From NCBI GenBank assembly GCA_001821055.1, contig MHRT01000004.1:5548-69547 (forward strand): DNA of 64,000 bases, written 5' to 3'. Numbering within the stretch: position 1 is the stretch's first letter; each line of letters opens with the position of its first letter. The notes under the pieces are model-generated. The model saw only the letters and a list, made by a program, of their open reading frames with translations. It was not told the origin of the DNA and did not search any database. The translations under genes were made by a program, and so were the position numbers. This DNA comes from Candidatus Taylorbacteria bacterium RIFCSPHIGHO2_12_FULL_45_16. GTDB lineage: Bacteria > Patescibacteriota > Minisyncoccia > Phycocordibacterales > PALSA-1337. This document shows, in pieces, positions 9,599 to 15,537 of this stretch.

Positions 9599-9982
9599 TC
9601 ACCTATTTTTTCTTGGAACCGAGATGCGTCTTGATAGATGGTTTTTCAACATTATTTTTTCGCGCAGACGGCGGAATTTGGCCGTGTCCGCGTAATTTTT
9701 GAAGGCTCGGACCTTGAACCTAATAAAATCAAAGCGCTCCCCGTCTATAAGCTTGCCATTTTTGGCGACTTGAAAGCCGAGAAGCGGTGAAGCAGACGAA
9801 AGGTCGACAAGATCAATCTTGTCTTCATTCAATTTTAGTTTCTTTGAAATATGTTCGGAGATGGCAACTCTGTCGGCCAGCGAGAGCGGATTTTTCTCGA
9901 GCACGCCAAAGTCAAAATCAGACGCGGGCGTGGCTATGCCTGAAACTTGAGAACCAAAGGCGATAATAAGCGGCTTTTTCAT
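9599..9982 (-). CDS. Minimal nucleotidyltransferase (MntA-like, Pol-beta superfamily)
   Basis: 'GSQVSGIATPASDFDFGVL' is the GS-X-D-x-D nucleotidyltransferase signature. No adjacent HEPN partner was seen. Confidence 0.5.
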   Translation of the reverse strand: MKKPLIIAFGSQVSGIATPASDFDFGVLEKNPLSLADRVAISEHISKKLKLNEDKIDLVDLSSASPLLGFQVAKNGKLIDGERFDFIRFKVRAFKNYADTAKFRRLREKIMLKNHLSRRISVPRKNR

Positions 9983-10043
9983 GTATATACCATACCACAA
10001 TCATGGGCACATTTCTACATCAGCATCATAATTTTACCCCGCG

Positions 10044-10703
10044 TTATTCAGCCTTCGCCAAAATTTCCCTCACCTCCTTCTCATCAGTAGACCACTTTTC
10101 ACCATCAAACCACTCCAGTCCGGTGAATTGCATTTTGTAGGTGTCGTTGGGACGCTGGAGCGAGCCGAGGTAGATATACTTCAACCCTTTTCCTTTGGCA
10201 TACAAAATTGTCTTCGTCATCATGCCGAGACCCATGTCTCTGGAGGATTTTTCCATATCATAAAAGGGATACGAGTAATGCATGATTTCGGAATTCAAAT
10301 AGCAGATGGTGTAGCCGATGAGGCCGTGGGCGTCGGAAAAAATAAGTAGGGAATTGTAGTTGCTTTTTTCTGGACTGGTAATCATTTCCTTTATTTTGAA
10401 GGCGCTCATGACCCCAGGGCCAAATTTTTTTTCATAGAAATATTGAGCGAGCCTGCCCAGAGACCAATGGTATTCGTCGTAGGGCAAGACTATTTCCTGA
10501 AGGGCAACGTTATCAACCTTCCTCAAGATGCGGCGGTTTTCGCTGGATAGTTCGAATTTGGCCAGGTCGATGCGGACGGATCGCGTCTGGTGCATCACAC
10601 CTTTGCCGGTACGAGTAAAGACGAAGCCGTTGCTATAAAGCTCTGAAATGTTTTTTTCAGAAAAGTCAGTAATGGTTTTTTCTTGCCAGTGGAGGTAATT
10701 CAT
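10044..10703 (-). CDS. Arginyl/leucyl-tRNA--protein transferase-like protein (ATE/Bpt family, GNAT fold)
   Basis: ATE_N-like 'RSVRIDLAKFELSSENRRILRK'. ATE_C-like 'HGLIGYTICYLNSEIMHYSYPFYD...LGMMTKTILYAKGKGLKYIYLGS...KMQF'. The ATG at 10703 is the preferred start. The 10739 TTG start would lie inside the 24-bp palindrome. Confidence 0.45.
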   Translation of the reverse strand: MNYLHWQEKTITDFSEKNISELYSNGFVFTRTGKGVMHQTRSVRIDLAKFELSSENRRILRKVDNVALQEIVLPYDEYHWSLGRLAQYFYEKKFGPGVMSAFKIKEMITSPEKSNYNSLLIFSDAHGLIGYTICYLNSEIMHYSYPFYDMEKSSRDMGLGMMTKTILYAKGKGLKYIYLGSLQRPNDTYKMQFTGLEWFDGEKWSTDEKEVREILAKAE

Positions 10704-10715
10704 GAAGAAATAGTA

Positions 10716-10775
10716 AATGATCAATAATGCAATGATCAACTCAGTTTTGTATTGATCATTGCATTATTGATCATT
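10716..10775. promoter_or_regulatory. Perfect 24-bp inverted repeat with a 12-nt spacer (aatgatcaataatgcaatgatcaa ... ttgatcattgcattattgatcatt)
   Basis: The arms are exact reverse complements. The element lies between the mraY stop and the ATE-like start, and contains four TGATCA cores. Confidence 0.85.
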
Positions 10776-10778
10776 TTT

Positions 10779-11945
10779 TTAATGCAATGCCAACCAAAAA
10801 CCGAAGACCACGAAGATAAAGTGTACTACCCAAAATCTCATGACCGTCTTTTCCTCGGTCCAGCCTTTGAGTTCAAAGTGATGATGAATGGGCGCCATTT
10901 TGAAGACTTTGCGGCCGAGGATATAGCGGGAAGCTACCTGAATGATGACGGAGAGGGCTTCGACGTAGAACATGAAGCCGAGAAAAATTAGAGGGATAAG
11001 TTCGCCGATGGCCAGGGCATTTACAGCTAGAAGCGCACCTAAACCCAGACTTCCCACGTCGCCCATCATGAAGCGGGCCGGTTTTATATTGAAATAGGTA
11101 TAGGCCACGAGTGCTCCAGCTACCGTGGCGTTCAGGATGGCCAGTTCACCGAAGCCGTTGATCCAAGAGAGGATACTTAGAGCCATAAAAGTGGTCAAGG
11201 CCATGCCACCAGCCAAACCATCCATGCCATCGGCGATATTGACGGCGTTGGCCGTGAACATGACGATGAAAATAATCACTGGAATAATAATCCAACCGAG
11301 ATCAAAACCGTTGGTCAGAAAAGGGATATAAATATAGTGCCAAGCCGGTCCGAGTTTGGTAAAAATCCACCAGGCGGCGACGGCTCCGGCGATGAATTGC
11401 AGGATTAATTTTTCATGGACGAATACGCCTTTGCTGGTGCGTGAACCAAACCAGACTGACATGCGCTTGAAGGCGCTCCAAGGCAGAGTGATGGCGTACC
11501 AAAGGCGCATAGTCCAATCCTTGTGGATGCGGATGAGGTTCATGATATGGCCTAGTTTTCGCGAACGACGCTCACTGCCGTAGATATTCATGAGATCGTC
11601 GATGGCGCCCAAGGCGGCTGAAATGATCATGACGCCGATGGGAACATAGGTGAATGAACGATTCCAGTTGAAGAAGTAGGTAATGAGGGCGACGGTTATA
11701 ACGACGATGAGTCCGCCCATGACTGGAGTGGTGGATTTGTAGGCGTGTGAGCCGAGTCTGGAGAGTTCGGTTTTGGGACCTTTGATGATGTGGAAATAAT
11801 AAAGAAATCGTATTAGAAATGGGGCAAAAACATAGGCGACAATAGCGCCGGCGAGGGCGAAACTGATGATGTAGGAAAGGTCGGCGGTGCCTTCGAGGAT
11901 GCTTATCATAGTAGTAAAAATAGCACAAAATAACATCTTCAGCAA
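10779..11945 (-). CDS. mraY: Phospho-N-acetylmuramoyl-pentapeptide transferase
   Basis: GT4-family polyprenyl-phosphate sugar transferase motifs 'NAVNIADGMDGLAGG' and 'MGDVGSLGLGALLA'. About 10 TM segments. Confidence 0.75.
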   Translation of the reverse strand: MLKMLFCAIFTTMISILEGTADLSYIISFALAGAIVAYVFAPFLIRFLYYFHIIKGPKTELSRLGSHAYKSTTPVMGGLIVVITVALITYFFNWNRSFTYVPIGVMIISAALGAIDDLMNIYGSERRSRKLGHIMNLIRIHKDWTMRLWYAITLPWSAFKRMSVWFGSRTSKGVFVHEKLILQFIAGAVAAWWIFTKLGPAWHYIYIPFLTNGFDLGWIIIPVIIFIVMFTANAVNIADGMDGLAGGMALTTFMALSILSWINGFGELAILNATVAGALVAYTYFNIKPARFMMGDVGSLGLGALLAVNALAIGELIPLIFLGFMFYVEALSVIIQVASRYILGRKVFKMAPIHHHFELKGWTEEKTVMRFWVVHFIFVVFGFWLALH

Positions 11946-12017
11946 AACTTTATCACTTCTTCAGTGAATCTTTATTACTATTTGATATAGTTTCTAAACG
12001 GAAGATTTTCTTCCGAT

Positions 12018-12088
12018 GGCCCCGTGAAATGGTTTTCAGTCCTCACCTCATCAATGAGGGTTTGTGGGTTCGATTCCCGCCGGGGCTA
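12018..12088 (+). tRNA. tRNA-like element (possible degenerate tRNA-Met-like gene or pseudogene)
   Basis: Canonical T-arm (gtggg-TTCGATT-cccgc) and a 7-bp acceptor stem (ggccccg/cggggct). The D-arm is not formable. The anticodon hairpin has a 9-nt loop, 'cctCATcaa'. No CCA is encoded. Confidence 0.3.
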
Positions 12089-12120
12089 TAAGTGATTAAG
12101 TATTTCAAAAAAGGGGGAGG

Positions 12121-12148
12121 TTGACAATGAATTGATTTTTGCTATACT
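12121..12148 (+). promoter_or_regulatory. Near-consensus sigma70-type promoter (TTGACA-N16-TGcTATACT)
   Basis: -35 TTGACA at 12121-12126 and extended -10 TGcTATACT at 12140-12148. Confidence 0.45.
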
Positions 12149-12154
12149 TGTCGT

Positions 12155-12230
12155 ATTGATGAGGTGGGGGAGAATTAAGACCAGATTAAATACCCTACAA
12201 AAATCCGCTGTTATAGCGGATTTTTGTTTT
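12155..12230 (+). ncRNA. Candidate ~75-nt small RNA, defined by promoter plus intrinsic terminator
   Basis: Strong promoter at 12121-12148 and terminator hairpin at 12199-12225 with a T-run. No ribosome-binding site or credible ORF lies between them. Confidence 0.3.
12199..12230. terminator. Bidirectional rho-independent terminator (aaaaatccgct-gttat-agcggattttt-gtttt)
   Basis: Perfect 11-bp stem with a 5-nt loop, flanked by an A-run and a T-run. It lies immediately 3' of the minus-strand gene's stop (12229-12231). Confidence 0.6.
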
Positions 12231-13020
12231 ATTTCAGCCATCTTAGCCGTCGAATCTCGGTTTTCGACTTTTGTGCACGCCCAAAAATTCTATTTGCGTT
12301 GCCTTGTCTACCGTTCTCGGTCCACAACTGTTCGGTGATTTGTTTGCTCACGTCGGTTATCTCGATGATGCCTTGTTTGATGCCAGTGCCGTAGATGCCG
12401 TCTTCGGGATAGGCGACGGCGTGGGAGTAATGGAGTCTGTAAGGGATGAAGTTCTGGTATTCGACTTGGTGAATGACGAGGATGTGGTCTCGGTCATTTG
12501 GGAGAATTTGGATGTCGCCATCTCCAAGCATGGTAATAATGTCGCCAGGCGTGATTTCCTTTATTGATATGACGCGACTATTCTTGTCATGTGCCAAGGT
12601 CGAGACATCGCAATTCTCGATAGGACGCAGAGAGCAACGGAGCTTGCCGATGAGTCCATGGCAATTGACGAATATGGTGTGTTTGTCGAGACTGCCCTTG
12701 CCGAGCTCTTGACTTTCGGCATTGAGGACATAATAGGCGAAGGCGGAACAATCAATCCCAAGGTTGTTATCAGTCAGTAGTTTCTGCAACGATTCGGACG
12801 TAACTGAATCAATAGTCGCATGTACTTTTACGAGTAGTGCTTCCGTTTCCTCGAATATTTCTTTCGGACCGCCTTTGCCACCATTTACCGCCAGCGCGGC
12901 GCGGATTTTGACGGTCTTGTTATTGAAATAGGGGACCGAGCAGACAGCGGTACCCACTTTGAAATTGAGGTACTGGTCGACGACTGATATGGCGCGGTTT
13001 GTGAGAGTTTTGGTGTTCAT
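12229..13020 (-). CDS. Hypothetical protein, possibly an NlpC/P60-like Cys-His peptidase. The start is taken at the internal ATG (MNTKTL...).
   Basis: Candidate catalytic Cys in 'GIDCSAFAYYV', then 'PGDIITML' and 'HILVIHQV' (Cys..His order), resembling papain-like amidases. The listed ORF extends upstream through a low-complexity stretch. Confidence 0.3.
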   Translation of the reverse strand: MNTKTLTNRAISVVDQYLNFKVGTAVCSVPYFNNKTVKIRAALAVNGGKGGPKEIFEETEALLVKVHATIDSVTSESLQKLLTDNNLGIDCSAFAYYVLNAESQELGKGSLDKHTIFVNCHGLIGKLRCSLRPIENCDVSTLAHDKNSRVISIKEITPGDIITMLGDGDIQILPNDRDHILVIHQVEYQNFIPYRLHYSHAVAYPEDGIYGTGIKQGIIEITDVSKQITEQLWTENGRQGNANRIFGRAQKSKTEIRRLRWLK

Positions 13021-13329
13021 GGATGAGGAATTGATTGTGAATTTAGAATGGGAAGGAATATAATCAGACTTGCCAAGTTGAATAAATGAATATGCCCTTA
13101 AATATAGCTCAAAATATGGAGTTTGATGAGAGTTGACAGGATAGTGTTTTGGGTGTATAACTGTGGGCAGAAAATTAGGGTCAAGAACCTTGATATGTTG
13201 TTGGTTTCGGGACCGCATCCGTGGATATTCCGTGGCTGTGTTTCCGTGACCAATGACCAATCGATAAGGCGTATCAGGCTCTTTGATAGAGGTGATATTG
13301 CTACGACCAATCTTGACACGGAATCAACT

Positions 13330-14010
13330 ATGAGAAATCCAACATTAGCACAGACGGGCGGTTTGGCCGGAAGTATTGGCGACGATCTTCGTCAGATTCA
13401 AGACCAGCTTGACGGCGAAAGAATCCAGCTGGCACTGAATAATCCGGATCACCCGTTTCGGCAAGGAGTCGTAACACTTGCACTTGCACAGTTTTTCGCC
13501 GTCACATGGACCGAGAAAGGTAGTATCATCCACGTCACCTTCATCTCCAATGGTTGGAGTGGTCCCGAGTGGAAAGAGCACTTCAAAAAGAAAGGCGTCC
13601 AGTTGTCGCCTAACGCGTTGGAAATCTTGGACTCCACGGAGTTCAAAGCTTCAAAGGCAGGAACTGTCCGGCAAGTTGCTCTCCTCAAGGGTGAACTGTT
13701 CAACGAGTCGGATCGTATTACCAGCAAAATTCGCGCCAAGGCTGCCGAACTCAAGTTGAAGACTTTGGACATGGAAGTTATTTGCCTCATCCGTGACACA
13801 TTCTCCAACGCGGAGATCAACAAAATGGGGTTTTTGTGGATCGTCGGCATGCATGACTCTGTCGAAATTGGCGGCGATTTGAGCCTTCTCACGGCGGTTG
13901 CCTACGGCGTTGTTCCGGGGCTCGAGGCGCTCTACGACCGTCCCGACTTCAGGTGGTATCGTGAGGGTGGCTTTGCCTTCGCTGTCCAGCAAGTAGAACT
14001 CAAGGCTTAG
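13330..14010 (+). CDS. DGR target (variable) protein with a C-terminal VR. An alternative in-frame start at 13123 is possible.
   Basis: The C-terminal 42 codons form the VR. The template-encoded version (..NANDDVPRLETNYDNPDNRWNRENGFAFAV..) carries the Asn (AAC)-rich signature seen in C-type-lectin-fold DGR variable regions. Confidence 0.7.
   Translation: MRNPTLAQTGGLAGSIGDDLRQIQDQLDGERIQLALNNPDHPFRQGVVTLALAQFFAVTWTEKGSIIHVTFISNGWSGPEWKEHFKKKGVQLSPNALEILDSTEFKASKAGTVRQVALLKGELFNESDRITSKIRAKAAELKLKTLDMEVICLIRDTFSNAEINKMGFLWIVGMHDSVEIGGDLSLLTAVAYGVVPGLEALYDRPDFRWYREGGFAFAVQQVELKA
13868..13994 (+). repeat. DGR variable repeat (VR)
   Basis: A 127-bp match to 14985-15111 with 19 mismatches. At every mismatch the other copy has A and this copy has G, T or C. 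Confidence 0.85.
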
Positions 14011-14050
14011 TGTCTAGGCACTCTCAAGCCCTAAACACTTTGCCCTTTCG

Positions 14051-14076
14051 CCCCTCACCTGCACGCAGGTGAGGGG
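14051..14076. promoter_or_regulatory. GC-rich perfect hairpin (11-bp stem, CACG loop), 57 nt downstream of the VR
   Basis: cccctcacctg-cacg-caggtgagggg. This is either the DGR homing-enhancing hairpin or the left-end hairpin of the IS200-like element. Confidence 0.5.
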
Positions 14077-14187
14077 CTGATTATTATCCGTAAAAACCCC
14101 CACCTTTAGGTGGGGTGTACGTCTGAAGGCGAAGCCGTATGCTAAAGCCGTCCGGCAGGACGGCTCTTAGCAATTAATCATACGCCT

Positions 14188-14646
14188 ATGTCACAACACA
14201 AACGTACGATACGCACATTATCACATTGTTTCTACGATATTAAGTACCACCTAGTCTGGACTCCCAAATACCGTGGCAAGGTATTGGGAGCCGACAAGGT
14301 AAAGAGTGAACTGCGACGGATCTTCGAAACCATCACCAAGTGGAAGCACTGGGAGATCATCGAACTCAACATCCAGGAAGACCACATACACCTGTGCCTC
14401 CTTGCGACACCGAGAGATTCAGTCTCTTACATCATGCAAATTCTGAAAGGGAAATCCTCCGCCTGGATGAAGAAGAAGATTAAGCGTACCCACGGACTCT
14501 ATGAAAAAGAAAGTCTCTGGGCACGAGGATATTTCGTCTCGACAATCGGCCTAGATGAGCACCTCATCCGCCGGTATGTTAAGCACCAATCCCACCACAA
14601 TGAAGTAGACCAACCATCACTGTTTGCCAAGCTGTTACCTAAGTAA
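14188..14646 (+). CDS. tnpA: IS200/IS605-family Y1 transposase TnpA
   Basis: 'YHLVWTPKYR', the HUH motif 'HIHLCLLATP', 'ILKGKSSAWM', and the catalytic-Tyr region 'WARGYFVSTIG'. Length 152 aa. Confidence 0.85.
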   Translation: MSQHKRTIRTLSHCFYDIKYHLVWTPKYRGKVLGADKVKSELRRIFETITKWKHWEIIELNIQEDHIHLCLLATPRDSVSYIMQILKGKSSAWMKKKIKRTHGLYEKESLWARGYFVSTIGLDEHLIRRYVKHQSHHNEVDQPSLFAKLLPK

Positions 14647-14984
14647 ACCACAGTCGCCCTGCCGGCACAGCCGGCAAACACAAAGCCACCAGACCTAAGT
14701 CTGGTGGTTGGTTACTGCATGAAAATGGTACAATTGTGTCGGTAGTAGGTGAATATGTACGTGACCACAGGTCACGTACCACCGAATCCAGTATCCATGC
14801 ATCGAGAATGTTCTGGATCATGATCTAGGGCAGAGTGGTGCGTGAACTCTAAAAAATGGAGATACTTGGTATAGGGTGTTAGAGCATTAGTTTGGCAGGT
14901 TATCCTACCGAATGATATGACGAAAACAAAGGTGAGCCCCGAGAGTATTCAAGGGGTAGTCGCATGGATGACATTCTATACACA

Positions 14985-15111
14985 TTGACGGCGATTTGAA
15001 CCTTCTCACGGCGAATGCCAACGACGATGTTCCGAGGCTCGAGACGAACTACGACAATCCCGACAACAGGTGGAATCGTGAGAATGGCTTTGCCTTCGCT
15101 GTCCAGCAAAT
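14985..15111 (+). repeat. DGR template repeat (TR), non-coding
   Basis: Adenine-rich copy of the VR, lying immediately 3' of avd and 427 nt upstream of the RT ATG. Confidence 0.85.
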
Positions 15112-15115
15112 CCTT

Positions 15116-15460
15116 TCATTTCTCCCCGACTTTAGTAGTCGGGGAGTTTTGTTTCTCCTGAAGATATTTTTCATTTTGACCATACCATCCACCGAGCATT
15201 TTTCCGATGTCATTTGACGGTTCAGATATCATCAGATATTTTTTGTTATCTATCGAACCTATTTCCCAGGCGACTTGCATGAGAATTTTCATCGTCTCGA
15301 GTTTGCTGATGGCCTGTCTAATCCACGGACTCTTCTTGTCTTTTGGCAGAAATGCCGCCGTAGAGACTGACTCGATGGTGTCTATAAATAGCAGATCTAT
15401 CCTAACACCCAAAGAATATTTAGATGTTTTCGGGAATAATTTTATAACATCCTGCCACAA
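15116..15460 (-). CDS. avd: Avd-like accessory variability determinant (four-helix-bundle family, TIGR02436-like). The apparent start codon is TTG.
   Basis: 'FPKTSKYSLGVRIDLLFIDTIESV' and 'SKLETMKILMQVAWEIGSIDNKKYLMISEPSNDIGKMLGG' match the conserved helices of Avd and the 23S-IVS four-helix-bundle proteins. Confidence 0.6.
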   Translation of the reverse strand: MWQDVIKLFPKTSKYSLGVRIDLLFIDTIESVSTAAFLPKDKKSPWIRQAISKLETMKILMQVAWEIGSIDNKKYLMISEPSNDIGKMLGGWYGQNEKYLQEKQNSPTTKVGEK

Positions 15461-15520
15461 TTTGTAGGCACCAATGGCCTTTGATAGAGCGGGAATTACT
15501 TTCGGTTGTTGAAATCCGTT

Positions 15521-15530
15521 GGGGGGGGGG
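15521..15530. repeat. G10 homopolymeric tract, 8 nt upstream of the RT ATG
   Basis: gggggggggg. Candidate slipped-strand phase-variation site and Shine-Dalgarno-like element. Confidence 0.9.
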
Positions 15531-15537
15531 TAGACTT

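Larger units (their letters stand above)
14011..14984 (+). mobile_element. IS200/IS605-family element (tnpA only) inserted between the DGR VR and TR. The boundaries are approximate.
   Basis: Y1 HUH transposase ORF flanked by multiple perfect hairpins. Left hairpins: 14051-14076, 14098-14115, 14147-14164. Right hairpins: 14661-14675, 14687-14708, 14757-14779. Confidence 0.5.

Noticed and set aside
10752-10991. Plus-strand ORF 'MIIALLIIFLMQ...' and the identical N-terminus of the minus ORF starting at 10739
   Set aside because: Both 'MIIALLII' peptides arise from the two arms of the perfect palindrome at 10716-10775 using TTG starts. The plus ORF is antisense to the mraY 3' end. The minus gene more plausibly starts at the ATG at 10703.
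11572-11928. Arg/His-rich 118-aa ORF on the minus strand within mraY
   Set aside because: It is an out-of-frame overlap of mraY. The extreme R/H composition is typical of off-frame translation of a membrane-protein gene.
12132-12567. Plus-strand ORFs 12132..12338 and 12271..12567
   Set aside because: They overlap the minus-strand 12229..13020 gene in antisense, have odd composition, and show no motifs. The 12132 ORF begins inside the candidate sRNA/terminator region.
13123-13329. N-terminal extension of the DGR target gene to the ATG at 13123
   Set aside because: The extension (MMRVDRIVFWVYNCGQKIRVKN...) is Trp/Cys/Arg-rich and contains a good sigma70-like promoter (TTGACA-N17-TATAAC at ~13132-13160), consistent with 5' UTR. 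I could not exclude it.
13651-13992. Minus-strand ORFs 13651..13992 and 14900..15109 ('MLDSEGKA.LTIPP..')
   Set aside because: These are antisense reflections of the VR and TR repeat. Their similarity to each other comes from the repeat, not from a gene family.
14660-14790. Cluster of perfect short hairpins (14661-14675, 14687-14708, 14757-14779) as CRISPR repeats or riboswitch
   Set aside because: The stems differ from one another, and there are no regularly spaced identical repeats with unique spacers. The location right after the tnpA stop fits an IS200/IS605 right-end structure.
14996-15217. ORF-track entry 'MNLLTANANDDVPRLETNYDNPDNRWNRENGFAFAVQQ...' as a protein-coding gene
   Set aside because: It is the reading of the DGR template repeat in the VR frame. 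There is no independent start context, and it overlaps the 3' end of avd on the other strand. I treat it as the non-coding TR.
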